DNA from: the human T2T-CHM13v2.0 reference genome, Homo sapiens
Strand: one strand, 5' to 3'
Assembly: GCF_009914755.1 (NCBI RefSeq)
Contig: NC_060927.1
DNA: 64,000 nucleotides
This document shows positions 20,634 through 36,336 of this stretch, piece by piece. The translations under genes were made by a program, and so were the position numbers. Position 1 is the first letter of the stretch. Every line of letters begins with the position of its first letter. Below the pieces are notes generated by a model. The model saw only the letters and a program-made list of their open reading frames with translations, was not told where the DNA came from and made no database searches.

Positions 20634-21719
20634 TATCTTAATTCTTTTAGAGGACAGAGACATTCTAGAGAGACAGAGTGGGACATTTGTCCTGTATCAC
20701 TGCTGAACTCCAGACACCTGCAGTGCCCATGTCTAGGCTCTGTTCTGCTTCCTTGTGGGGACACACAACAGAAGAGAGACAGTCCCTCAGTGGCACAGAC
20801 ATCCTCACCACTACTGCTATAGAGTTCAGGAGCAGGAGAACGAGGCACAAACAAATAAAGAAATAGACCTTACAGGAGCTCCCGAGTTCCCATCATCCCC
20901 CAGAGAAGAGTGCTTAAAAAGAAAAATACCAGGATTCCACCCATCATGGAAAGGGCTCCAGAAAGATACTGTGCCATCCCACAATGGTCTATGTATCAAT
21001 AGGGATCACCCACAGACACCAGCAAGGTGCTTGCCTATGTAAATGGGAGCTTCCTGCAGGGAGGTACAGCTTTTGTTAGCAGAATCTCAACTTCAAGGCT
21101 GGTATCAGCCTGTTTTTTGCTAAGCCCATTCAGATCTGCTGAGCCAATTCTCCAAGAAGGGAGAAAAGCGGGAGGGAAGAGGAAATAAGCCTCCTGAGCC
21201 AACTGGAGTTCTCACTCCACACAGTGAATTTGGAGTGACTAATACTGAGGGGCCAGAATAAATGAGGGGCTGATGGAAGGCTGGCAGTTCAGGTCCTGAA
21301 GGTCTTACTGAAGAGAAAATGGATATAATGGGTATGAAGGAGGTAGGGGGATCTCCTTTTGGACTTGGCATATTTCCTGTGAAAACAAAACACAGAAAAA
21401 CCAAAAAACAAAAATACCCTTATCAAGGTTCTTCAAGAGGTTGAAACAAGTTCTATGAGACCTTTCCAAGGCAGATTTCAAAATCCCCTATGAAGCTTGC
21501 TGGCCATGGCATTAAACAAATTGGAGTTTAGATTAAGCTCTTTAAGTTCTTTTTAGAACATATGTAACCAAGACTTTATTAAAAGAATCATAAGCTGTTT
21601 TACTTTTTTTTTTTCCTTCCTCCATGCATGCTTGCACATAGTCACTTCAGTAGAGGGTAGTCACTAGTAATTGATTAATTTCATATCCTAACCCCTGTGG
21701 CTGCCTGCAAGATTGATAA

Positions 21720-22348
<629 letters not shown>

Positions 22349-22819
22349 TGTCAGGCCTCTGAGCCGGAGCTAAGCCATTGTAACCCCTGTGACCTGCACG
22401 TATACATCCAGACGGCCTGCAGGAGCCAAGAAGTCTGGAGCAGCTGAGAAACCACAAAAGAAATGAAACAGCCAGTTTCAGCCTTAACTGATTAACCAAA
22501 CTTACGACATTCCACCATTATGACTTGTTCCTGCCCTACCCTAACTGATCAATCGACCTTATGACATTTTTCTCCAGGACAATGGATCTCATGATCTCCC
22601 CACCATGCACGTTGTGACCTCCTCCCCCTGCTGACAACAGATGACCACCTTCAACTGTAACTTTCCACTGCCTACCCAAGTCCTGTAAAGTTGCCCCTCT
22701 CCTATCTCCCTTCGCTGACTCTCTTTTTGGACTCAGCCCACTTGCACCCAAGTGAATAAACAGCCTTGTTGCTCACACTAAGCCTGTTTAGGTGGTCTTC
22801 TATATGGACATACGTGACA
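22349..22819 (+). mobile_element. HERV-H solo LTR (LTR7C-type)
   Basis: TGTCAGGCCTCTGAGCC...GTGAATAAACAGCCTTGTTGCTCACAC...GTGACA; exact 5-bp TSD ATAAA. Confidence 0.88.
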
Positions 22820-23214
22820 ATAAATAAATCACAATGAGTCTTAGGTGATGCAGACCTTCTTGATGGCATCCAGAAGTTTGATCAGACCAAGAGATGCAAA
22901 CAGCTTTGATTGTCAGGCATTCCACCTCCTGCCTACCTACCTTACTCAGAAAAGCCCCCAGTTATGTTCAAAGGGAAATCTTTGAACATAAGACTTGGTT
23001 CTGAGTGTCTCTCACCCACTCTGTTTGGTCAAATTAAATAAACCTTTCTCTGCTCCTAAGTGCTGATGTGTCAGTGTTTGGCTTACTGCACATCAGGTAC
23101 ATGGATCTAAATATCGGGGTTCAATAACACATGTAGGTTATTACAGGAATCCACAAAAGGGACCTTCAAGTTGCATCCTGTGTGTGTTTCTTTGGCCTTT
23201 ATGACATGGTTCGG

Positions 23215-23376
23215 AAACACAGTAGTCTTATCTGGAGAGCGTGTTAAAACTCTGATCACTGGACCCCACTTTCACATTTATGATTGAGTAGGTCTATGGA
23301 GGGACCTGAGAACTTGCCTTCATCACTGGTTCCCAGGTGACACAGCCATTTGGGGCACCATGCTTGGAGAACCACT
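23215..23376. mobile_element. MER5A-type hAT element
   Basis: tgattgagtaggtct...cctgagaacttgc...ttcccaggtga...ggagaaccact. Confidence 0.65.
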
Positions 23377-23390
23377 CCGGAGACCTCTAA

Positions 23391-25853
23391 ATTGGTAGTT
23401 CAACCTTAGCTGCACTTAGAAAACACTGGGAAAATTTGTGTGTGTGTAACCAGCTCACGTTTCATTGTGACATTTTGAAATTGTACAAGTATTTTGACAT
23501 CTGCCCCCCACATTTAGTCTCTTAAAACGACAGGAAAACATCAACCAATCACAGGTTTAATTAGTTTAAAAAATTTACCCCTTCAATTCCTCTTTGTAGC
23601 CCCCAGCACCCAATATTCCTTTGAAATATGAAACAGACCCAGCAGTGGCCAACAGTAAATTTCTACCCTGCACCCCACAACAGAGATGAAAAGTTCAAGC
23701 TCTCTGAGCATTGTGTTGCAGTGGCACTTGTCCAGAATTGGTACCTCTGCCTAGTTGGGGGAGTTTAAATGTACCAGTGAAAATAGCTTTTTCTCCTTCA
23801 AAGGGAAGAAAGAAAATCTCTCCCCAAAACCCAGAAGGTCTGAAGATCTGGCTGTGAGGTCTTTCTCTTTCTTCCTGTCCCATCTCTTCAGACCTTTTTT
23901 TTTTTTTTTTTTTTTTGGCAGTGGAGCAAGAGAGACCAAAACCTAACTTGAGTTACAAGAAACAAGACAGTGATGGCTATAAAGGGAGTGACCAGGAGCA
24001 ACTGAGACACTCCTTTACCTCCCACATCCAATGTTTGTGCTTCACAGAAAAACGACAAAAATAACAAATCCACAAAATGCAACAGCTGGAATTACAAATT
24101 TCATTCACCCAAGGGTGGTAGAAGGCAGGAAGGAAAGGTGGGAAGGTAAATGGCACAGGGAGAAAAACAAAATATTCAAATCAATCCAGCCATAGGGACT
24201 GGCAAATGCTAGAAAAATCGCTGTAAAAAAAAAAAAACTAAAACTAAAAAAACTGTGGTCCTTTCAGACTCTCAGTGGTGTTAAAAATCCACACGCTGGT
24301 GTCAGGAAGATTCTACCTTACGTGCACCAGAGATAAAGATTCCAATTCCTCAGAGAGGGAATATGCAGAGGGCCTTTGGCAGGATGAATCGTGCCTTTCC
24401 TGGCAGGGGGAGGTAAAATGGGAAAAGAGCTGCCACAGCCTCCTTCCAATCCCACCCATCCCCTCGATGGCAGGTGACTCAGGCCTTCAGTAGCCTTCAA
24501 TCTGGGTAGAGACATATGTGGTGAAGGGAACTTCTCTGCAGAGGCTGAGCTGCTCAAGGCAGACTGCAGGTGAGAGTGTCTTGTGGAAGAGTCTGTTGCT
24601 TAAGAAGACCACGAAGGAGGAGAGGTGCAACTCAAAGAGGTATGCTTGGCCGGGGATCTTTGCCTCATTGCACTGATAATGAATAAAGGAAAGAGGATAG
24701 AGAAAAGGCAGCCATGGAAAATATATGAGGACTGCATTGCTGTGAGAAAAGCCAAAAAAACCAAACCCAAAGTAGTAAAGCCAGTTCCTCTCTGTGTTAG
24801 AGGAACCGCTGGTGCATTTCAATTCCTTTACTGAACCAACCATATTTGAAGCAGTAGAATGAGTCAAGAAGAGACAAACGCCGGAGAGTAACCAGCTGAC
24901 CAACAAGGTGGGTGGGAAAGAGACTCACAGACATTCCTTGAATGGGGAAAAGAGCCTGCAGCAAAAGATTGGAGAGCATGTCAGCAGTTATTTTGTGGAC
25001 ACTAGGGAATGGGTGAGGCTTCCTCCCTGATGCTTCAAATGCCAGGTCAGCTGTATCTTGGAACCACATGGCATTCACAACTTTGCTAGGCATGTACAAG
25101 GGGAGCACCCAAAGGCCTGGAAATTTATACGAGGAAAAATTCCAGCCATGACCAAGCATCTCCACACAGTGATGGATCATAAGTAATTCACGCTGTTACT
25201 CACTGAAGCCCAGGAATAAACACCCGATAAAGCAAGAGTAGACTGAACCAGAGCAGTCCACCCCTCCAAGCGCAACACTGGAAAATTCTACTAACACTTG
25301 CTGGCTCACTCCCTTGCTCCCACTCTATACTCTGGGGTATTCTCTGTGCCAGGACAATGCTTGCCCTTCTTCCACGCTGCTCCCCTCTTTTGATGGATTG
25401 GAGTGTCTAGCTGGAGATGGTACAAATATCCCAGATGAAGTCTTTGACTCCCCTGGAAAGGTCCTGGAGAAAGGTTTTGACACTGTCAGCCATGTCGTCA
25501 GTACCCAAACTATCAACTACGCAGAGGAGATATAAGTGCCCCCAATCTCTCATCATGAAGGACCCTGCAGCTCTGCCACCACGGCTCCAGCCTGGCCCCT
25601 CACCCACCACCACGGGCCCAGTTGGCTCCTCTGTGCCAGGCAGCCTGCTCCACCGGGGTGCTCCCAGGGTTGGGATGCTATGCCCACATTGGCCATGCCT
25701 GGGCTGCAGAGACAGGGAGATTTTTTTAAATGCAATTCTCTACCTTATTTCAAACCGATTAAATCAGAATCTTGTAGGTGGTGCTCAGGCATTGGATTTT
25801 TGCAAAGCTCCCAAGTGGTGCTTCCATGCATTAAAGTTGAGAAGCACTGCTCT
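23391..25853. mobile_element. MER5-type element split by the EI24 retrocopy (halves 23391-23437 and 25715-25853)
   Basis: Left half ggtagttcaaccttagctgcacttagaaaacactggga; right half ttaaatcagaatct...aagctcccaagtggtg...gttgagaagcactg. Confidence 0.65.
23438..25714 (-). pseudogene. EI24P: Processed pseudogene of EI24 (CDS remnant about 25493-24479, with UTRs)
   Basis: Intronless pieces in shifting frames match EI24: [99 protein letters not shown]. Frameshifts and stops present; candidate TSD. Pseudogene number not assigned. Confidence 0.93.
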
Positions 25854-26229
25854 AAATTTGTTTTGGCCCCGTGGAAAGGTTTCCAACTGATTTCTTATGA
25901 AAAAGGTAGTAGAAACCTCCTCTTCAGTTTGTACCAATAAGGTTATAAGGTTGGCCTCTGCCTGACTGGAGAGTGGGGCTGTACAAAAAACTGCTCCACC
26001 CCCAGTTATGTTTGGCCCCAAGGCTGGCCAATGGTTCCACTGGTTTCAGCTTCCTTCTCCTCTGCCTTGGGATTTTAGAGCCCACAGCTTCCAGCATGAC
26101 CTGCTAGTTGCTGTCAAGGAGATGACGTTAACCTTGTTATGTGCCCTTTGCTTCTCAATCTCTCCTCCTTGGGACTATCAGTGATCCTAGAGATGAAGTA
26201 GGAATTGTAAATAAAAGTTTTCATCCAGA

Positions 26230-26475
26230 CCAGTGCTTCTCAGATGTGAAGGTACAAACAAATCACCTGGCGAGCCTGTTAAAAAGAAGATTCTGATACT
26301 GTGGGACTAGGGTAGGGCCTCAGAGCCTGCATTTCTTCTTATTATTAGTATTAGTATTATTATCTTTTTAAAATTTTATTTTTCATCCTCAATGTGTCAC
26401 AACAAGCCTGTATTTCCAACAAGCTCCCAGGTGGTGGAGAGCTGTTAGTCTGAGGGCCACGCTTGGAGGAACAAG
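26230..26475. mobile_element. MER5A1-type hAT element
   Basis: cagtgcttctca...aatcacctgg...tgttaaaa...gattctga...aacaagctcccaggtg. Confidence 0.7.
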
Positions 26476-26523
26476 GACCAAATCTCTTCTTTCCCCCATT
26501 GACATTAAAGATTGTTAAGAACC

Positions 26524-26924
<401 letters not shown>

Positions 26925-27159
26925 TTAAGCATGGGTGACAGAGGCAGATTGGTGGTTCCAATGGGAACTTCTGGTGAGATTTCATCTCCTGTGGATAGGT
27001 TTGCCCTGAGAACAAGGTGAGGGGCAGTGGGTATAGGAGGCCAGAAAAGAGGGTGTGAACCAGAGCACGGAGAGGCTTTGGTGTCATGCTTCAGAGTTCT
27101 GAAGTTTCTTGTTTGTGACAGAGAAATGCCAATGAGCTTAAAACTTGGAGTGGGCAAGC

Positions 27160-27640
27160 TTTTTTTTTTTTTTTTCTTCTGAGATGGAGTTTCACTCTTG
27201 TAACCCAGGCCGGAGTACGGTGGTGCAATCTCGGCTCACTGCAACCTCCACCTCCCGATCGGAGTTCAAGCGATTCTCCTGTCTCAGCCTCCCAAGTAGC
27301 TGGGATGATAGGCGCCTGCCACCAGGCCTGCCTAAGTTTTGTATTTTTAGTAGAGATGGGGTTTCACCATGTTGGCCAGGATGGTCTCGAACTTCTGACC
27401 TCAGTTGATCTGCCCATCTTGGCCTCCCAAAGTGCTGTGATTACAGGTGTGAGACACTGCGCCTGGCCCAAGCTATTTTTTAAAAGTTATTATTGTGCTG
27501 GGCTCCAGGTGCCATTGTAGTCAGCTAGCACTCAGAAGCTACTCAGAGGCTAAGGCAGGAGGATCTCTTGAACTCAGGAGTCCGAAACCAGCCTGGGCAA
27601 CATAGTGGGACCCTGTCTGTAAAAAAAATTTAAAGAAAAA
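27160..27640. mobile_element. AluS (27160-27470 minus) and FLAM monomer (27497-27640 plus)
   Basis: Alu sequences in opposite orientation. Confidence 0.9.
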
Positions 27641-27949
27641 TAAAAACCCATATTATTGTATCCACAGTCAACTCTGAAGGCCCTTTTATTGCTATCATTT
27701 AAGCAACTGCTTAATGGGAAAGTGAGAAAGAGCTATACTGTCTTTATGTGATCAAAATGCTTTGTTTCTTCCAGCCAACATAACTCTTGAACCAGTTTTT
27801 ATAGTGAGGAGACCAAATAACCTTTTGACAAAAAAAGAAGGGCAAATCCCCAAAGCATGGTTTTGCTAGTCATTTCCAAGAAGGCATTTCTGGTCAGATT
27901 TCAAGCAGGCTCACCTAGAACTACCTCTGGGCAGCGGAGCAATTCTGAT

Positions 27950-28470
27950 GTCTGCAGATACCTCAAGACCTTGGCCTCCGTTCATTGCTCATCTATCCTG
28001 AGGCATCGGGAAATCCAAATCACAGAGAACTCTATGTAGGTGAGGAGCATGAGAAAGCTCTCAGTCAAATTTCAAGCCTGGGTCAGCATCAGAAACTCCA
28101 CACTGGAGAGAACCTCCAGCAAGTGTGGGAAAGCCTTCTTCCTCTGCTCCATCCCTGCTGCTCACCCACCAATGGAGTCACTCAGAGGAGAAGGCTATAC
28201 CTGTTCTGGTTATAGGAAGTCTTTAGAGCGGATTTCAGGCCTTAGGAAATGTCAGAAATCATGCACTGGAATGAAATTCTATGTGTGTAGTGAAGGTGGG
28301 CAAACATTCCTTCACTCTGAGTTCTGCTCTTGGTGCCCACCAGCAAATCCCCCTGGGGAGAAGCACTCAGCGCAGTGAGTGTGGGGAAGGCTTCCTCTGG
28401 GTCAGAGGTCTCCTCTCACATCACAGAAGCCGCAGTGGGGAGAAGCCTGCAGGGAGAGTGGCAAAGCCAT
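27950..28470 (+). pseudogene. Decayed C2H2 zinc-finger array
   Basis: EKALSQISSLGQHQKLHTGEN, KCGKAF, GMKFYVCSEGGQTF, SSALGAHQQI, ECGEGFLWVRGLLSHHRSRSGEKP; many frameshifts. Confidence 0.8.
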
Positions 28471-28479
28471 GACCCACTG

Positions 28480-29343
28480 CTTCCTTAGGGTTTCTCCCAG
28501 TGTGGGTGCCTTGTCAGGTTTCTGCTCTGAGATTTTCCCACACACCTCACATTCACATGTTTCTCCCCAGTGTGGTTGCTGATGCAGGCACGGCCTCTGG
28601 TGCCCACTTCAGCCTTTCCCATACTCAATGCCCCTCAAATGGTTTCTCCAACCCTGCCCTGAGTTGCACCATGAGGCCCCTGGCCCTATTGAGCACTCCC
28701 TGATGTAGACTCTTTGATGGGCAGCAACGGCTGAGCTCCAGGTTAAAACTTGCCCATGCTCATTACATACATAGGATTTTTTTTCAGTATGCACTTGCTG
28801 ATGTTGCCTAAGATATGAAATCTGGCTGAAAGATTTTCCACAGTTGGGCAAATCTTTCAGGGGAGTCTAGCCCCAGAATGTCTCCTCTGGTGGGGCATAA
28901 GGGATAGAGCTCAGAGTGAAGGACTTCCCACACTCACATTGACAGAACCTTACCCCACTGTGAATTCTCTCTCAATGATGAAAAGCTAGATGCAGGGGAA
29001 CTCTACCACATTCACCATATTTACAGCTTTGCGTTCTATGGAAACCTTGTGATGTTGAACTAAGTTGGAGCTGGAACTGAATCTTTGTCCAAATCCCTTA
29101 TATTTCTGGCCTCCCTAACTTGTGGAGATTTTTGTTTTTAATCCTTAGTTGTTTTCACATGAGATCTCTTGCTATTTATGTTCTTTCCTAAAGGATTTCC
29201 CTGTATCTTTTCTAAGTTGTTTTTCATTTCACAGGCTGCTCCAGATTCAAACATCTGTTTTTCCCCTGATATTAATGTCAGTGAATTTATCATCATATTC
29301 TGAACCAGAATCAACATCTTGCTCTGAGTTCTGTTCTAACCCT
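28480..29343 (-). pseudogene. Decayed ZNF terminal exon (acceptor, spacer, C2H2 fingers)
   Basis: Acceptor ttgccttttctattcttggCAG at 29346-29344, then a spacer and fingers including CGKSFSQISYLRQHQQVHTEKKSYVCNEHGQ and cacactggggagaaac linkers. Stops and frameshifts present. Confidence 0.8.
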
Positions 29344-29862
29344 CTGCCAAGAATAGAAAAGGCAAATACAAGAGGCATACAGGAAAGTTACTAGAACACT
29401 AGTGGGGCCCTTTGAGAGGGTAGGTCAGAGACCATTGTGAGACTCAGTGCAGAGAAGATGGAATGGAGAGCACACCAAGGAGATGGGGTCAGCAAACCAA
29501 CTACAAGGAATTGAACTCTTCGGTAGCAAACAAGGGAAGGCTAGCAGGTGATGAGGGAAAGCCAAGACAGGAACTCTCACAGTAGAGAACTGTACAGGGA
29601 GGAAAACTCTGTTTTCTCTTCCTGATGAGAAAGCTTACTTTGACAACTGCCCTTCCCACCCCCTTTCTAAAGTTCCCCAGCAAAAGAGAGGCCGTTGCTA
29701 ATTGGATGAGTCAGAGTCCCAGACATTAGCTGGCCAACCTTATTTAGTGGACATGATAAATGTTTCTTTTAAAGCTGGGACCTTCATTGCCCTCTCTTTT
29801 TGTGACTTTGTTCTTCTGCTATGGGACAGGGCAGAGGGTAATAGCCTGAGATTTGGTTGCAG

Positions 29863-29876
29863 CCTCCAGAGGGCAG
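29863..29876 (+). promoter_or_regulatory. Candidate CTCF motif
   Basis: CCTCCAGAGGGCAG closely fits the CTCF core consensus CCASYAGRKGGCRS. Confidence 0.45.
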
Positions 29877-30325
29877 TAGAAGTCTTGCTTGAGTCTGATC
29901 TAAAAAGCAGGACAGCATATACTGATCTTCATGGTTTCTTGGTATGATTATTAATGGCAGACCCTTTCTTTCACTCATTTTTATTCTACAGAGTTTCCCA
30001 GTTTGGACAATAAATTATGGTCATCCAAGAGTCATGTCATCAAACTCATCTTCAGCAGAGGGCCTGAATTAGGGAAACAGGCACCAACTCAGTAATGATG
30101 AGATACAGTTGGTAAGTTCCATTTCCTAACAGGCTACTGTTCCTTGCATGGATCTCCTTTGGGAATTCAGCATGGAGGAAGTGGGACTGGCAGAGCAGGA
30201 GTCAGTCTTCCCGGATCCTTCATCAGAATATTTCATTTCTAATACAGGACAAGAGGAGTGATTCTCTGTTGGACTGGGAGGCCCAATAATTAAATGGGGG
30301 CAAGGGATGGAAATAAGAACATTCA

Positions 30326-30607
<282 letters not shown>

Positions 30608-31232
30608 AAGGAACACAGTCTTTGAAAGAATGAGAAACAATGCTTTCAATGGGGAGTGGGTACAGGCCATGAAGAGGGAGCTATCTCGCTGTGTCTTAAA
30701 CCAGAAAGCTCTGCATGTGAGGTGGGCCCAGAAAAGATGAAGGTGACTCTAGAAAGACCCAGTGTGCCTACGGGTGTAAGCCTTCTAAGTCTCCCTGTTT
30801 CTGGTTTTTCCACTCAATTTTTACTGCACCAAAGAGCAGACAAGGAGGAATATAGGAGAGAAAGCATGGGCCATAAAAGACACTAATATAGTGTTACAAA
30901 GTCCAAGTCTATCCTTAATCACAATGTATACAAACATGTTATGTTTCCTCATTAAAAGGAAGGAGGGAGACAGAGAAGGGAGGAGACTTTTTACAAGAGA
31001 TTTACCTACAATAAAACCAAACAATAGAAAAGGTTGAAAAGAAAGGAAGGAAAAAGGGTACACCAAGCAAGTTCTAACAACAAGAGAAAAAGCTGTGTAG
31101 AATTATTAATATGAGACAAAACAGACTCTAAGGCTAAGCATTTAATGGGCATAGAATGGAATATTTCATATTGATAAAAAACCAATAATCAATCCCTAAG
31201 TTGTCGAACAATGTCCAAGTCAGGAAACCTAG

Positions 31233-31990
<758 letters not shown>

Positions 31991-32146
31991 ATGGCACCCC
32001 CTAAGAAAGGAGGGTGAAGTTTTTCAATACTTGTTAATATAGGAGCATAAGAATTACTGTAATTATCTTTCAACCTATTTGTTACCTTTATAAATAAACT
32101 TCTTATGACATAGACTACTAACACTAATCTGTGAAATGTTGAATTA

Positions 32147-32729
<583 letters not shown>

Positions 32730-33141
32730 TAGCCTGTTCTATCCTGTTCTTGACTCTTTTCAGGACCCTGGACAGTGCCTGGTGTACAGCAACCGTTCCG
32801 TAACTATTGAATGATTTGTCATAAACTTACATGCACCCTGAACCTATCAGCACAGCTTTAAAATATATAAGGCAAATGGGTCTACAAAAAGAAAGAGACG
32901 AGTGTGAAGCCAACCCACACCCCTTAGAAACATACTAGGGAAACCCAAAACAACAAAGAACTTTTTAAATGCAAAAGTAGAATGACTGCTTTTACCCTCT
33001 GTATTTCTGAATTATTTTTTCAGGATTAATATGTATTACTTTGATAAATGAGATTAAATTTTTCTTCATGTTCCCTTCTCAAATTGTAAAGTCTTTTACT
33101 ATGGTTCTAAGGAGCTGGTCAAACCTGTTCAGGGGTGTTAA

Positions 33142-33504
<363 letters not shown>

Positions 33505-34231
33505 TAGAGTTATTCTAAAAATCATAACTTCTTGGAATTAAAAAAGTTCTATACATGGCTAGTAACCCCTTCTGCAGCTGAAACTGACTACAAGTCCCCT
33601 TCTGTCACCCAGAGTGACCAGAATTGTGTTCTGTGAGGGGCAGGGTTCACTGGATAGCATGAGGTGACGTGCCAGGCTGAATTCTCTCCCTGCAGTGGAG
33701 GCTACTCTACAATAAAGTGAAAGGAAGATCTGACCTAATGCCCTGCAGAGCTTCATTTCTCCCACCATCTGGTTTTGTAAGGAAAAAAAGTATGTGCTTC
33801 TATGTATTTTTTTTAGCACTACTCCTTAATTTAAATGTCTATTTAAAAAAGACCAAAGCTTAACTGGTTATCTTTGAAATATAATTTCTTTTTATTTTCT
33901 TCTTTTACTTCTTTATATTTTCTTATATTTCTACAATCATAAGTACAAATTAGGTGGCAAAGAAATGATATAAAAGAAGCATGGTATCTGCCAAATCAAA
34001 TTCTCTGGATGAGCTAATGCCCACCCAAGTGGCAAGTTGAGGAAAGGAGGGTGCTGTTGACTTACGGTCCATTTCTAATCTGTCCTGAGCATTGGTAAGG
34101 CCAGGGGCTGGACAGTGGGCTATTGGAGAGGACTCCAGTCTCAGGCCAATGTACTCGGTACTTCCATCAGGAGGGTATGTGGCAGCTGGCCCTTCCATCC
34201 ACAGTATCTTTTGGGCAGCTATACTGATCAC

Positions 34232-34805
34232 TGTGGGAAAGAGAGTTTCTGCGGTGCCAGCTGAGTTGGTCTTCCCTGTGTGAGACACCCAAGGGGAGCC
34301 ATGGGCGGCCTCTGAGGAGAAAAGTCTTCTTATTGCCTTCATGTCTTTATGCCCCGACAGCATAACCACTCAGCAGAATTCCACAGTTGCTCAAGGAGGT
34401 AACACTCCCTTGAAGCAGTGGAGTATAATCAAACATCTTGGCCCCTCCTGAAAGCCACTCCCACCCATTTCAGTCCCGATAAGTTAAAGATCTTAAGTAG
34501 TTTAGACACATGCCTTTGCTCAAGGAAATTCACAGAAACCACCACAGCTACACATATTATTGAATGACTCATGAGTTCTCCTTCACTGATTAATCCTTTT
34601 CCTCATCCCTTCCTACCCCTCCCATCTGCCCTAAGAACAAAGAGCTTGTAAACCAATAAATCAGGCAGAGCCTGGGCTGTGAGCAAGCCTCCGATGCTCA
34701 GGTCCCCTGGACCTGCTTTTTAAACGCTTATTCTGTCTCTTTCTAACTCCTTTGTCTCCGCTGGACTCAGGGTAGCAGGTGGTGTGGGGCTGGTTTCCCC
34801 AAACA
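34232..34805 (+). mobile_element. ERVK solo LTR (LTR14B-type)
   Basis: TGTGGGAAAGAGAGTTTCT...CCAATAAA...GGGGCTGGTTTCCCCAAACA; TSD ATCAC. Confidence 0.8.
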
Positions 34806-35639
34806 ATCACTGTAACAGATAAGGCAACATAAATACACTTTCTCATAACTTGTCATCTGCACTAGATTTAACAGCAGCACCAGTGATTCTGCAGTGCCCT
34901 CCAGGCACTGGAGCAGGATGACTTTAGGCATTTCTACAAACCCAAAACCTCCTTTCCTTTGTTGCCTCTCTTGACTCCACCCAGGGGTGCTTCTGTTTGA
35001 GGACTCATAGGGGAGCCAAATAAAGAACATATTGGGCCCATATTTTTAAATTATTTTCCTTATGATGTTATTGCAAATCACAGACTATCTTCCTGGGAAT
35101 AATCCAAAATGTTCATTGCTTTTCTTTCTAGTGTGGGCAAACTAAATTTCTGTGATTGAGACCAGGACAAATTGGTCTTAATAGATGTTCCCTTCCAATA
35201 GGCCTGGTAGATGTGAATTAATGTCAAATTGACTGAATTGCTCTCCCTCCAGCTGTGACTAGCCAGACCAAGCAGCTACAAAAGTGCTCCCAGGAGGAAT
35301 GGGACTTCCTCCCATCCCCTTTCACTTGGGATCTTCCTTGTCCCCTCCTCTGCATTACTCCCAGTTGGACAGAACAACTCACCCCCAAGCCCTACAACAA
35401 TGGAACCCTCCCAGGCCAACCCCTTTAGGCCTGGCACCAGCCCAACCACAATTCATGCACGTCACCCTGCTAACCCACTAATAACATTGCCCCCCCTCTT
35501 TGGGAAGCTGGGAGATCTTCAGAGCTCTTTGGTTTTCAAACTTCAAGATCTTAAAAGCATGGTTGCTGTATCCATTCCAATAACTGAATGAAATTGGCAT
35601 GGGGTTCATCTGCCTGCAGACACAAGGGAAACTGAAAAG

Positions 35640-35820
35640 AACTAACATTTGTTGAGAATCTTACTGTGCACTTTGTATTGTGTTTGGTTCCTTGGCGTTG
35701 TTGTCCCATTTATTCCTCATGGCCACCTAAGTATAGCTATGCCCATTTTATAGATAGAAGAAACTGAGGCTCAGAGAGATGACTCCCCATGCCCAAGATC
35801 ACACACTTCCTAATATTAGG
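35640..35820. mobile_element. MIR
   Basis: cccattttatagatagaagaaactgaggctcagagag...cccaagatcacac core. Confidence 0.8.
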
Positions 35821-36336
35821 AAATGTTACATTAGGAGTTACAGCGTCAAGAAATGATCCTGTAAAGATGCATTATGGTTTCTCCTCAAGAGGAAACTGTT
35901 CTGGGGATTCCTTAGTCCCATTAGTGCTGGGTCCCTGGCACCTTCCAAGTCCAGCTTGTGCCCAGTCATTGTGGCTGGACAGCCCTGCTGGTTGTTCTTA
36001 TTTACTAGAATTATCTCAGAGGTGGTGACATTGCTATATGGTCTAAACACTGCCAGCTCCACACAAAGGTGCCATGGCTCAGCCATCACATTGGAAGGGC
36101 CTGCTTCACTCCTTCGCTGCTGTCATCACCCTGAGGCAGTAACTTCTCTCATAACCTCGGGGCTAGAGCAGATTTCCCAGGAAGAGAATACAACACCAAA
36201 ACTCCTCTTTCACCACCTTCCCAAGCTTCTAGATCTCTTTTTATTCCACCTACACAGAAACCATGTGGGAGATCAGAAGCCTTCAGTGACCTTCGGCCAC
36301 ATCTCCACATCTTTTCAAAAATCTCATAAGGATGGT

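Noticed and set aside
23895-23916. T tract as the poly(A) tail of the EI24 retrocopy
   Set aside because: No matching TSD or poly(A) signal is apparent there. The split MER5 and candidate TSD favour an end near 23438, though this needs alignment to confirm.
34810-35030. Weak resemblance to a SCAN C-terminus (CLEGTAESLVLLLNL)
   Set aside because: Too few matches to distinguish from chance.
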